Positions 1 to 7,830 of a DNA stretch of 19,260 bases are shown here, piece by piece. The first letter of the stretch is position 1; each line of letters starts with the position of its first letter. The DNA comes from Klebsiella phage 6 LV-2017: sequence record KY271400.1; one strand, 5' to 3'. Below the pieces are notes generated by a model. It saw nothing but the letters and a program-made list of their open reading frames with translations, had not been told where the DNA came from and made no database searches. Made by a program: the position numbers and the translations under genes.

Positions 1-45
1 CAGTTGAGAAGTTAAATAAAGCCTACAAGGCAATCTTCACTGACA

Positions 46-195
46 TTATCGATCTTTCAACGCCTGGCAGGAAATCTGCTTCAGCAAGCTACCTGCAATA
101 GCTCTCGACCTTATCTCCATGATGGCCAGAACGTTCTCGTCTGGCCCTTTCTCAAGTTTGCTCAGTCGAAATTCAATATTCTTTGCCTTGGTCAT
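46..195 (-). CDS. Small hypothetical protein (49 aa), translationally coupled downstream of the o-spanin
   Basis: Own translation of the reverse strand gives MTKAKNIEFRLSKLEKGPDENVLAIMEIRSRAIAGSLLKQISCQALKDR. Its ATG overlaps the o-spanin stop (ATGA). It is below the ORF-track size cutoff. Confidence 0.3.
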   Translation of the reverse strand: MTKAKNIEFRLSKLEKGPDENVLAIMEIRSRAIAGSLLKQISCQALKDR

Positions 196-422
196 CGCGT
201 AACCCTGCCGGTTAGTTGCGGGCAGTTAGCCTGCACTGATTTGTTTTGCGCCAGGATGTCACGCTTGGTCTGCTTATCCAGCACGTCGATATCGTGGTCG
301 GTCAAGTAGATGACCCTCACCCAGTTGCATGCCGTATCAACGACTACCGGGGCGGGTGAAGTGCCCACGCAGCTCGCGATCAACATCGTCATCACCCATA
401 CGCTTAACGCTCTCTTCAACAT
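192..422 (-). CDS. o-spanin (Rz1/LysC-like outer-membrane lipoprotein), overlapped architecture
   Basis: It starts at the internal Met of the 192..605 ORF, with an AAAGGGG SD 8 nt upstream. MLKRALSVWVMTMLIASC is a lipoprotein signal peptide with lipobox IAS|C. The mature part is Pro-rich (TSPAPVVVD) with C-terminal Cys residues. It is in the +1 frame relative to the i-spanin and extends past its end. Confidence 0.55.
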   Translation of the reverse strand: MLKRALSVWVMTMLIASCVGTSPAPVVVDTACNWVRVIYLTDHDIDVLDKQTKRDILAQNKSVQANCPQLTGRVTR

Positions 423-612
423 CACTAGCCCCTTTCGTGGCTTCTGCTTTACGTTCTGCCACAGCAATACTGGCGGCTGCTTTCTCTTCGGTATGGTGCT
501 GCTCGGCTTTGGCTTCTGCCTTGCTTGTTCCGCGTGCATGGCCGATGCCGAACGCGCCAGCGATCGCACCCAGGATGACAACCACCAGCCCAGCAATAAT
601 TTCAAAGCTCAT
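337..612 (-). CDS. i-spanin (Rz/LysB-like), with an N-terminal TM and an E/K/A-rich helical periplasmic part
   Basis: The N-terminal TM is MSFEIIAGLVVVILGAIAGAFG, followed by a charged helical region. It has an ATGA overlap with the upstream gene. It sits after the endolysin and the LysA-like gene. Confidence 0.5.
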   Translation of the reverse strand: MSFEIIAGLVVVILGAIAGAFGIGHARGTSKAEAKAEQHHTEEKAAASIAVAERKAEATKGASDVEESVKRMGDDDVDRELRGHFTRPGSR

Positions 613-956
613 TGCTGCGGCTCCTTCAGTTTGTCGGCCTTATCTTTCAATGCTGGCTGGCGCACGTATTGCGATAGCACGGCCAGCACCACCAGCGCAG
701 GGCTAATCAACGCAACGATGTTTGGCGGCAGGATGTTTTTGATATCCGGCGGCAGCACCGCCCAGGCGTGCAGCGCAGCATCCGGGAACGACTGCGCCCA
801 CATGCCAACCAGCGCGCCGATAGCTCCCAGCTTTACAGACCACGTTTTCAGCAGCAGGCTGGCATGCCCTACGAACTCCAGCCGGGTATATTTGCGCAGA
901 AGTAACAGAACGAGCACGGCCACCAGCACGAGCAAAGCGAAAATGATCATCTTCAC
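609..956 (-). CDS. LysA-like lysis-cassette membrane protein (2 TM)
   Basis: It has N- and C-terminal hydrophobic helices. It is coupled to the endolysin stop. Its position matches P2 lysA between the endolysin and the spanins. Confidence 0.5.
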   Translation of the reverse strand: MKMIIFALLVLVAVLVLLLLRKYTRLEFVGHASLLLKTWSVKLGAIGALVGMWAQSFPDAALHAWAVLPPDIKNILPPNIVALISPALVVLAVLSQYVRQPALKDKADKLKEPQQ

Positions 957-1492
957 AGGACACGCTCCTTAACCCAGCCGTAGAGAAAATCCTCGTTGGC
1001 TTCGCGGCCCTCCGCCAGTTCGAGATATCTGGCGCCCTGGCTGCAGTTCAGTGCTCTCAGCAGCACCTGCTCGCCTTCTTTCCCGCGGGCAGAAAGATAC
1101 CCCTTCAGAGCGGTGATAGTTCGGGGTCCAATCACGCCATCCGGGATAAGGTCGGGATAAAGCTTCCCACGCATATTCATTGCCGTCAGCCAGCGCTGAA
1201 AGAACTTACTGGCGACGCTGGGCCCCATGTTCACGCCAGTGTCGCAAAGCTCATCCGCCAGTAACGTAGATAGAGCTGCCACCTGGTCAAACCGGGGTCC
1301 GGTCCAGTAATCGCTCAGCAGGATTTGCTTTGCTGTTTCCCTGGGCAGGTTTCGCATATCACCGGTGTAGCCATGTGCGCGAGCTGTGGTTTGCGTGATG
1401 CCCCAGCGGGTTGGCCCGCCTTTATCAGAGGGATGATCGACATAACCGCCCTCTTTTCCGAGGATCCCCTCGATAATCTGGTCTGCTGTCAT
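953..1492 (-). CDS. Endolysin, GH108 N-acetylmuramidase with C-terminal PG_binding_3 domain
   Basis: EGGYVDHPSDKGGPTRWGIT is the GH108 catalytic signature. DGVIGPRTITAL is the peptidoglycan-binding motif. Confidence 0.85.
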   Translation of the reverse strand: MTADQIIEGILGKEGGYVDHPSDKGGPTRWGITQTTARAHGYTGDMRNLPRETAKQILLSDYWTGPRFDQVAALSTLLADELCDTGVNMGPSVASKFFQRWLTAMNMRGKLYPDLIPDGVIGPRTITALKGYLSARGKEGEQVLLRALNCSQGARYLELAEGREANEDFLYGWVKERVL

Positions 1493-1800
1493 TGTGCTTT
1501 CACTCCGGTGATTCGTTCCCAGAAATAGGTCAACGCTACGGAGCCCATCGCGCCGCTTATCCCCGCGGTTGCCAGAATCATGTAAATGCTCAGTCCGCTT
1601 TCAATGCTCACCAGGCCAGCAATAACGCCGGTAAACCCTGAAACCACCATTTGGGCAAGAGCATTGATCAAGCTCCATGTTGCCTTGCTCTGCTTCACAT
1701 CTATCAGGTAGCGGACAAGTCCACCCCAGCAAGCAATGATCAGCAGAACCAGCCAGGACATCCCGGCAATGCTCTCTTTGTCTTGCATACGTTTAGCCAT
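1489..1800 (-). CDS. Class I holin (3 TM) with an MAKRM dual-start motif
   Basis: It has three predicted TM helices. Two Met codons separated by K-R resemble the lambda S107/S105 antiholin/holin arrangement. It lies immediately upstream of the endolysin. Confidence 0.8.
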   Translation of the reverse strand: MAKRMQDKESIAGMSWLVLLIIACWGGLVRYLIDVKQSKATWSLINALAQMVVSGFTGVIAGLVSIESGLSIYMILATAGISGAMGSVALTYFWERITGVKAQ

Positions 1801-1901
1801 AGTTACCGCCTCCGATGAAAGATCGGGAAGCTGTGTGTGAGAAGGTCAGGGCCGTCGGGCTGATTTACCAACAAAGCGTCGAGGGTGATTCCCGGACCCT
1901 G

Positions 1902-1927
1902 AAAATAAAAAACCCGCTCAAGGCGGG
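1902..1927 (-). terminator. Intrinsic terminator about 100 nt upstream of the holin (CCCGC-CTTGA-GCGGG + UUUUUUAUUUU)
   Basis: A GC stem with a 5-nt loop is followed by a long U-tract in the minus sense. Confidence 0.6.
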
Positions 1928-2350
1928 AAGAAATACCAAGGGTAAAAAGTGACGGCGCGGTAGCCGTAATAGTCCCAAGGTAGAGGGATTTAGAAGGCTG
2001 CAGCATAACTATCACTGGTGATGCAGGATAGCCAGTTAGGGCTGCAGCTCGGTTTCGTGAGTGGTGGCCGGTGCTGATCTCCGGCTTTCTCTGGCATTAC
2101 ACGTACCCAAGACTATTCTCCAGAGATAGCGCTGTCCTCATCAAGGGGTGCCGTCTCTAGCGCATCAGCCTGCGCATTCACCACAACGGAAAGAGCACTG
2201 CCGACAATTAGGCCTTACGTCTGCGCGTATACCTACGCATTGACCAAGTGCTCTTACCTGTTGTGGGCTCCGTTTCGTGGAGCTGACGGCCAGGCGATCA
2301 ATCTGGCACCTATCAGGACTTATTTAAGCGTTAGTGCTCATGCCCGTGTC

Positions 2351-2425
2351 TGGAGCATCTGGCGGGGATCGAACCCGCATATTCTGGTTGGAAGCCAGAC
2401 GTAATTACCAAACTACGACAGATGC
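2351..2425 (-). tRNA. tRNA-Gly (anticodon UCC) with encoded CCA
   Basis: Hand-folded cloverleaf: 7-bp acceptor (GCATCTG/CAGATGC), D-stem GTAG/TTAC, anticodon stem TCTGG/CCAGA, loop CTTCCAA with U33, UCC and A37. T-arm is GCGGG-TTCGATC-CCCGC. Discriminator is U73. Confidence 0.7.
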
Positions 2426-2511
2426 AATCTGGTTCAGGGCTCTTGCGCGGCGGGTGTCGACGTGTCGTGCAGCACGTCTCTACCCAAGAGCCCTGACCAG
2501 ATCGCAGGCAT

Positions 2512-2539
2512 AGAAAAGCCCAAGGCGTTAACCTCGGGC
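2512..2539 (-). terminator. tR'-like intrinsic terminator about 75 nt downstream of the putative late promoter. It is bidirectional, with a T-run on the plus strand too.
   Basis: Minus-sense GCCCGAGG-TTAAC-GCCTTGGGC is followed by UUUUCU. Plus-sense, the same hairpin is followed by TTTAATTTTTTT. Confidence 0.5.
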
Positions 2540-2591
2540 TTTAATTTTTTTCGCCTCGGAACGACTGAACGGATTCCCAGCGTTAGAGATT

Positions 2592-2620
2592 AATCTAACC
2601 AGTTTTTCCGGCAATTGCAA
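2592..2620 (-). promoter_or_regulatory. Putative late promoter PR' (TTGCAA-17-TAGATT) immediately downstream of the Q-like gene
   Basis: The sigma70-like hexamers have a 17-bp spacer. Its position is analogous to lambda PR'/qut between Q and tR'. Confidence 0.4.
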
Positions 2621-2662
2621 TATCTATTTTCCAAAAAAAATCTTTTTTATAGAAAATACTCA

Positions 2663-3472
2663 TTATTTAGTCACCCGAGAGAGAATGACATCAGCGTATG
2701 ATTCCTGTTTGTGACATTCGGATACCAGCTCCTCGAAGAACGGTTGCAGCTGCTCATAAGCTACCGTTTTCTTAATGTCAGTCACGGCCCTTACCCCTTC
2801 CAGCACCGTCGAAAACTTCATGCGCGCATAACCTCTTCCGCTACAGCGTTCGCATACTTTCATTACCGGTATCCCAATGCGCTCGCTGGCCTCTTTATCC
2901 AGTACCTTTCCTTTCCCATTGCAGCGACACGAATTGCTGATAACACCCTTTCCGTTACAGGTTGAGCATTTAACTTTGACCACCTCGCGGGCCTCGCTCC
3001 AGCACTCCCAGTGACTTGGGAGAACTGCACGGGACATCTTTGCCCAATAAGGTGGCTTACCCCACGGATATGAGCATTTATTGGTGAATACTTGAGCTTC
3101 TGTGAAGCCAGCCCCAGCGCAACAAGAGCATTTTCTAACGCTGGCAGCACTTCGTGTGTAATCCTGGTATGCAAAAGCACACAGAACTTCGAGAACTCTT
3201 TTGCGAACGTCATGGCTGAGTTCTGAAACGATGTTAAAGCGGATTGATAATCGCTCTGCTGATTCATAAAGTAGCTCCATTGCTCGGTCAGGTGTGCTTA
3301 CCCCGATCTTTGCCAGATAGAGGTCGAAGCCGAATCCGCACTTGGCATTTACCAGCCCAAGAGCAGCCATGATGTCAGTGCCGGTTAGACCATCCGATGC
3401 AGTAGCCCGTGGCGAGTCGCTCAGCATTGGTGATTTAGGCGCGAAGTATTTGGCGATAGATTCGAGGTTCAT
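2663..3472 (-). CDS. Q-like late antiterminator with three DnaJ-type CxxCxGxG zinc-finger repeats
   Basis: It is the last gene of the nin operon, directly upstream of the PR'/tR' elements. It carries CSTCNGKG, CRCNGKGK and CERCSGRG repeats. Its size (269 aa) fits the long Q-family variants. Confidence 0.5.
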   Translation of the reverse strand: MNLESIAKYFAPKSPMLSDSPRATASDGLTGTDIMAALGLVNAKCGFGFDLYLAKIGVSTPDRAMELLYESAERLSIRFNIVSELSHDVRKRVLEVLCAFAYQDYTRSAASVRKCSCCAGAGFTEAQVFTNKCSYPWGKPPYWAKMSRAVLPSHWECWSEAREVVKVKCSTCNGKGVISNSCRCNGKGKVLDKEASERIGIPVMKVCERCSGRGYARMKFSTVLEGVRAVTDIKKTVAYEQLQPFFEELVSECHKQESYADVILSRVTK

Positions 3473-3609
3473 GCTTTCTCTCCCAGGGTCTGATAGATGC
3501 GAATGAAATTCTTGAGGATGCGGTAGTCAACCAGCACGGTGCCGCGGTGCCGGCAGAGACGGAGCTTTTGCCGGCGGTCGCGGATGCGTTCGATAACGTC
3601 ACGGCTCAT
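3469..3609 (-). CDS. NinH-like small protein (46 aa)
   Basis: Own translation gives MSRDVIERIRDRRQKLRLCRHRGTVLVDYRILKNFIRIYQTLGEKA. The LRLCRHRGTV segment resembles lambda NinH RRLKCSRGTVRKY. It has ATGA overlaps at both ends. Confidence 0.4.
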   Translation of the reverse strand: MSRDVIERIRDRRQKLRLCRHRGTVLVDYRILKNFIRIYQTLGEKA

Positions 3610-4244
3610 GCGGCCTCCTGATGGCGGGCGCGGCGCTTCTCCAGCGCGCGGGCTCTGCGGGTGAATATGGATTTGATGCGCTGCAGGTAGGGAATGTCGA
3701 ACCGGCGCGGCTCGTTATCAGCCTCAAGGCGCTCTACGCGATCCAGGCCAATGCGCTCAATCAGGTGAATGCGGTATTCAACGGCATTTCCGCTCAACTG
3801 CCGGTTGCAGCGGGTGCATGCGGAGTGGACATTGAACACGTTGAATTTCAGGTGCGACGCGGCGCCACGGGAACGGTAATGACTGGCGTCAATAGCGCTG
3901 CCGGTCAGGTAGTTTCTCTTACCGATAAGCGGGCTTCCGCAGCTGACGCAGGGCTTACCTTCGTCACGAATGCGAATGTACCGGTTAAAGGCAGACTGAG
4001 CCTCTTTATCCCATTGGGCCTTTGTCTTGAATGACTCTCGCTTGGCCCGGCGACGCTGGCGCCCTTCTTTCTCGGATTCGCGCTGGCGCTTCACCGCCCT
4101 GGCCTTCGCTGCTTCCCGGGCTTTTGCTGTCTGTTTTTTGCCGATCGCGCTGGCGCATTCAAAACTGCATACCACCTGCCCTTCCCGGGCAGGATGGAAC
4201 CATTCGCGGCAGTGGGCGCATTTACGACGTGCTGGTTTACGCAT
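3606..4244 (-). CDS. ninG: NinG/Rap recombination-promoting nuclease
   Basis: MRKPARRKCAHCREWFHP...CVSCG...DASHYRS...FNVHSACTRCN..GN.V.YRI.LIERIG closely parallels lambda NinG. Confidence 0.85.
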   Translation of the reverse strand: MRKPARRKCAHCREWFHPAREGQVVCSFECASAIGKKQTAKAREAAKARAVKRQRESEKEGRQRRRAKRESFKTKAQWDKEAQSAFNRYIRIRDEGKPCVSCGSPLIGKRNYLTGSAIDASHYRSRGAASHLKFNVFNVHSACTRCNRQLSGNAVEYRIHLIERIGLDRVERLEADNEPRRFDIPYLQRIKSIFTRRARALEKRRARHQEAA

Positions 4245-4407
4245 GTGGCCTCCTTGCTCTCAGGCGGAGCCACTTCTTATCGACCAGGCGGGCGGTATAG
4301 TCTTTCAGGGTCGGGATGTCGGAAGGCTTAACTTCGACCTTGCGCTTGCGGCGCGCCGGTACGCGGAAGATGCCGCGCTCCATTACTTTGGCGAGAAGGC
4401 TGCTCAT
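4237..4407 (-). CDS. NinE-like small basic protein (56 aa)
   Basis: Internal Met of the 4237..4485 ORF. The C-terminal YTARLVDKKWLRLRARR resembles the NinE C-terminus. It is coupled to the NinB stop. Confidence 0.4.
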   Translation of the reverse strand: MSSLLAKVMERGIFRVPARRKRKVEVKPSDIPTLKDYTARLVDKKWLRLRARRPHA

Positions 4408-4862
4408 CAGGCCTCCTGCTTTTGCTGCAGTTGCTGATATTCGCAACCGTTTGGAATGGTGAGAGCCAGACCAAACTGAGCGCACCAGGCCTCTACTTTG
4501 GTCAGGAAGATGTGCATTTCGCCGGTATCAAGATCGGAGGTATGCCGGGGCTCCCAGGTCGTTGTTTTCTCACCGGTGATGAAGTCGGTGTATGTCACCT
4601 CTTCACACCCGAGATAGGTCTTTTTGAGGTTGCGCTTAACCCACTCGGGCGTTGCGTCGGTACGTCCTGAGTTAATCAGGTATTCGCTGATTTCCGCGTA
4701 CCACATGTGACTAAGTGCGTTCTGGCTCAGGCTGCGTTTTTCGCGCCACTCTTTGACCTGCAGGCGTAGGCATTTCCCGTCAGAGAGCTGCTCCTGAAGA
4801 ATCTTGCCTATAGCGCTGAAGTTGCCGCTGTGCAGCTTGATGCCGCATTGAGGGATGTTCAT
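4407..4862 (-). CDS. ninB: NinB (Orf-family recombination mediator)
   Basis: The REKRSLSQNALSHMW motif corresponds to lambda NinB RNRSLDQNRKLW. Its position is upstream of ninG. Confidence 0.8.
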   Translation of the reverse strand: MNIPQCGIKLHSGNFSAIGKILQEQLSDGKCLRLQVKEWREKRSLSQNALSHMWYAEISEYLINSGRTDATPEWVKRNLKKTYLGCEEVTYTDFITGEKTTTWEPRHTSDLDTGEMHIFLTKVEAWCAQFGLALTIPNGCEYQQLQQKQEA

Positions 4863-5051
4863 GCTTCACCTCCGCAGAGGCTAAACGCTGAATGCAGAAA
4901 ATCGCCGGTGGCCTTCGCCATCGGTGACAGGGATTGCTGTAAGGTTTTGTGCGCCATGTGTCCCCACTTGGCGCCGGATAATCGTGTCAGTTGCTCAGGC
5001 TGACGAGGTAATTATCGCCCTTCCCGGGGATAAAAGCAAAATGAGCATATA

Positions 5052-5084
5052 CGAGAAAAACCCCTCCGGAGAGGGGTTTGATTT
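5052..5084 (-). terminator. Intrinsic (bidirectional) terminator upstream of ninB, in the tR2/nin position
   Basis: A perfect palindrome CCCCTCCGGAGAGGGG is flanked by an A-run and a T-run. The minus-sense hairpin is followed by UUUUUCUCG. Confidence 0.55.
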
Positions 5085-5114
5085 CAGCTGGAGGCTTTGC
5101 GTTCTGCGGGGGAT

Positions 5115-5300
5115 TTAGGCACCTTTCACCTCTACGCATTGAATATTATCTACGCTTGGCGAAACATCGTCCCAGGACCTCTTATCATCTGCAACTTTCA
5201 TCGCCTTAATGGCTGCTTTGCACTGCTCCATACTCTGCATGGGAACCACCTGCATATTCGATGATTGGCTGCTGATGACGAAAATCAGGAAGAAGTACGG
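5115..5300 (-). CDS. Hypothetical small protein (61 aa), hydrophobic N-terminus
   Basis: It starts at an internal Met right after the stop of the upstream gene. Sequence is MPYFFLIFVISSQSS... Confidence 0.35.
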   Translation of the reverse strand, partial: PYFFLIFVISSQSSNMQVVPMQSMEQCKAAIKAMKVADDKRSWDDVSPSVDNIQCVEVKGA

Positions 5301-5302
5301 CA

Positions 5303-5563
5303 TCACTTCACCTCCAGGCGCCAGACGGCCTGACCAATTCGGCTCTCGTGGGGACATTTGGATACCAGCCCATCTTTCGCCAGCTCGATGAGAGCTTTTC
5401 GCAGGTCTGCGCTCTTCCACTCCACTCCGGGGAATTTGCGCTCCATCGCGCATCGAATATTCCAGGTAGCCATGCGGAAAGGGTATCCGCTCCCCAGTGT
5501 CGCATCCTGCAGCGCAGCAGCGTCAGTCATCACCTGCATGATTTTGCTTTTTACGTCACTCAC
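5303..5563 (-). CDS. Hypothetical protein (86 aa), possible winged-helix
   Basis: Clean ORF with an 8-nt overlap with the upstream gene, within the coupled operon. Confidence 0.5.
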   Translation of the reverse strand: MSDVKSKIMQVMTDAAALQDATLGSGYPFRMATWNIRCAMERKFPGVEWKSADLRKALIELAKDGLVSKCPHESRIGQAVWRLEVK

Positions 5564-6197
5564 CCTTCACCTCCTGCTGGGCGGCTGGATATACACTGCC
5601 CTCCTGACCAGGCTCATTGCTTCCGGTACAGGCATCTCTATGGTCATTTGCCCGTGGGCATCTCTTATTCCCGCAATCAGGACACACCACAAAGCGCATA
5701 TCGTTCAAGGTCACAGGTCGGCATGTGAGACACCAGCAATCAGGCTTTTGCTCGCTTACCGGAATCCATTTACCCGGCACGGTGGCAGGGTCACTGCCGG
5801 GTAGCTGCGGGGCGGCTGCGAGCATGGCGGCGCGGCAGGCGTTCCAGCCTGCCTCATATGCCAGATTGCTCGGCGTAGAGACGGGGGCAACATATTCAGG
5901 CGGCACTAACGGCGCTGGCTGCACTGGCGGCATATCTGGACCTTTGCGAATAGCTTTTGCCAGCTCTATAGGGTCATCGTAAAGCCAGTCTCCGGTGTCA
6001 GGGTGATTGGCTTCTGCCAGTCGAGCGGCCCACTCCAGACCGTCTTTGTGTCCCTGCAGGTAGTCAAGAGGCAGTTCAACCGACTCGCTGCTGTCCATTG
6101 CGGCCAGCGCCATGCGGGCCAATGCCGAAGCCTCACCGCATTGCACATGGTCAGTCTCGATAATGTTGAGTAGTGTTTCTCGTGAAAATTCGCTCAT
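5556..6197 (-). CDS. Phage protein with Cys-rich DUF551-like C-terminal domain
   Basis: KWIPVSEQKPD...CPDCGNKRCP resembles the DUF551 signature of lambdoid early-region proteins. Confidence 0.5.
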   Translation of the reverse strand: MSEFSRETLLNIIETDHVQCGEASALARMALAAMDSSESVELPLDYLQGHKDGLEWAARLAEANHPDTGDWLYDDPIELAKAIRKGPDMPPVQPAPLVPPEYVAPVSTPSNLAYEAGWNACRAAMLAAAPQLPGSDPATVPGKWIPVSEQKPDCWCLTCRPVTLNDMRFVVCPDCGNKRCPRANDHRDACTGSNEPGQEGSVYPAAQQEVKGE

Positions 6198-6370
6198 TTC
6201 CGGTCCACCTTAATTTTGCTGAGCGCCTCAAAGTGCCTGCGCATGGTTTCCTGCACTTCTGGATGCTGCCAGTTGGTATGGATTCCGCCGTCTTCGTCGA
6301 TGGTGAATTTACCGGCGTTTTCTGTGAGAACCCGCTTGAGGCGTTGTTCGGAACTTTCGATTTTGAACAT
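6194..6370 (-). CDS. Small hypothetical protein (58 aa), doubly coupled (TGATG upstream, ATGA downstream)
   Basis: Own translation gives MFKIESSEQRLKRVLTENAGKFTIDEDGGIHTNWQHPEVQETMRRHFEALSKIKVDRK. Confidence 0.4.
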   Translation of the reverse strand: MFKIESSEQRLKRVLTENAGKFTIDEDGGIHTNWQHPEVQETMRRHFEALSKIKVDRK

Positions 6371-7131
6371 CACTCATCCTCCACCTTGATGCCAGCGGCA
6401 CGGTCAAGGCGCTCAATTTCCGCCAGAATTAAAGCTCCAGCCTTAACCAGGTCACGGCGGCGATTAGTTGGCTTCCACCATTCATCAGGCCACGGCCACG
6501 GTCTGGGTGGTTCACCGGCACAATCGAACAGTTCAGAGGAAAGCGCATAGCAACCGGCCGCATCGGCTAATTCGCCGTGTTCATATTCATCATCATGTCC
6601 AGGTGTCCACCCCTCAGCTGTAACCTGCCGCTTACGCTCGGCCAGTACGTCAGCGGCGGCAGCGGTGGCGGTGCGGGACTCGCTATCCAACGGCGGCAGG
6701 TCTGGGGTTTTTACGCCAAACAGCGCAGCCAACGCGCGATAGTTCTGCTCGCTGTGATAACGACCTTTGCAACGGACTAACTTCTCGGCTGCTGCACGAA
6801 TAGGTTCAATATCGTCGATATGCGCTTTGAGCTTATCAGCGCGGAACCGCTCGTTATCAAAGCTGGTACGCCAGTTCTCCCGCTCCTGCTGCGCCGCCTC
6901 AAGCTCACCGCGACGAATAGACAGGGACTCATCCTTATTCAGGAGAATTTGCTCCTGACGCGCAATGTGCTGCTGCGCCTTCTCCAGCGCCTCTACCAGC
7001 TCAGCGCCAGCCGCTTTCCAGGCGAAATACAGTTGGTCTTTGATGTATGGCCCGGTTTTGTCGGGATGAAATGACGACTTAAACCAAGCCTCGAATTTTT
7101 CTCTCTGCGCCAGTTCGGTGATATCAGTCAT
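6370..7131 (-). CDS. Hypothetical phage protein (253 aa) with possible DUF550/MazG-like C-terminal part
   Basis: Long clean ORF. The WTPGHDDEYEHGELADAAGCYA segment is reminiscent of DUF550. The assignment is uncertain. Confidence 0.5.
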   Translation of the reverse strand: MTDITELAQREKFEAWFKSSFHPDKTGPYIKDQLYFAWKAAGAELVEALEKAQQHIARQEQILLNKDESLSIRRGELEAAQQERENWRTSFDNERFRADKLKAHIDDIEPIRAAAEKLVRCKGRYHSEQNYRALAALFGVKTPDLPPLDSESRTATAAAADVLAERKRQVTAEGWTPGHDDEYEHGELADAAGCYALSSELFDCAGEPPRPWPWPDEWWKPTNRRRDLVKAGALILAEIERLDRAAGIKVEDE

Positions 7132-7387
7132 TGGCCTTTCCCTCGCTGCGGAACATCATGATTGTCAGGTCGCCTTTAGTGGCCAGGCGAACGGTAGAGC
7201 CAGGTTCCAGGCTGTTAAGTTCAAAGGCGTCATAAAACTCATTCACAGCTTTCTGGCGGCGAGATTCCTTACGACGCTTGTCCCACTGCCTCAGAGCATT
7301 TTTGGTAATCCACTGGCCTGTTTTAACCATGATGTATGCCCATCCAAGAATGGCTAAACCGGTATTGAGATAAGTAGCGAGGCTCAT
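7124..7387 (-). CDS. Small membrane protein (87 aa)
   Basis: The N-terminal TM is LATYLNTGLAILGWAYIMV. It has an ATGA overlap with the upstream gene. Confidence 0.5.
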   Translation of the reverse strand: MSLATYLNTGLAILGWAYIMVKTGQWITKNALRQWDKRRKESRRQKAVNEFYDAFELNSLEPGSTVRLATKGDLTIMMFRSEGKAND

Positions 7388-7830
7388 TTGTCTGCCCCCT
7401 CGCGCAGCTGCTTGGCGAAGTCGTCAGCAGCAAGTGCAACCCCTTTTGCTAAAGCGTCAAAAAACTGGTCATCACCAGGAATTCGAAGTTTTGCCGCGAA
7501 CTCCTCCACCCCATCAGCCTTAATCCCGGCTACGATGCGATCGGTGCCTGGGAACGGGTTTTCAGCATTAACATCGCGGGAAACGTACATGTTGATTTCT
7601 GAAACATAATCCAGCGGCACACCCGCGAACATGTAGCCTTCGCCTTCAGAGAAATATTCAACGTGGTTGTCGCTGATGTCGGTCAGCAAGCGATTCATCG
7701 TTAAATTCTCCTCAGCCAGCTGCTTAAACGCTTTCGCCAGCTTCAGGAACTTCTGCTCTCTGATCGACAGCTCGCCTGCGCTCTCCAGGGAGGTGATGAG
7801 CTCGTTTACTGCCTGTAGTGTGATAGTCAT
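7384..7830 (-). CDS. Hypothetical protein (148 aa)
   Basis: Internal Met MTITLQAV, chosen because its ATG overlaps the upstream stop (ATGA). The long form would overlap the neighbour by 60 nt. Confidence 0.45.
   Translation of the reverse strand: MTITLQAVNELITSLESAGELSIREQKFLKLAKAFKQLAEENLTMNRLLTDISDNHVEYFSEGEGYMFAGVPLDYVSEINMYVSRDVNAENPFPGTDRIVAGIKADGVEEFAAKLRIPGDDQFFDALAKGVALAADDFAKQLREGADK

Noticed and set aside
192-605. Full 137-aa version of the minus-strand ORF
   Set aside because: Only the C-terminal 76 aa from the Met at 422 (SD-preceded, lipoprotein signal) make biological sense. The upstream part is an out-of-frame read of the i-spanin gene.
310-972. 220-aa plus-strand ORF, and the overlapping 329..706 ORF
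   Set aside because: It is antisense to the spanin and LysA-like genes. It has no SD and an odd Cys/Thr/Ser-rich composition. It is a GC-frame artefact.
1803-2015. 70-aa minus-strand ORF in the late leader
   Set aside because: It overlaps the intrinsic terminator at 1902-1927, has no SD, and has an improbable composition.
1928-2350. Search for a second tRNA next to tRNA-Gly
   Set aside because: No T-loop (GTTCRANYC) or cloverleaf could be assembled by hand in this interval.
5115-5453. 112-aa long form overlapping the 5303..5563 gene
   Set aside because: The long form overlaps its neighbour by 150 nt. The internal Met right after the neighbour's stop gives a coupled 61-aa gene instead.
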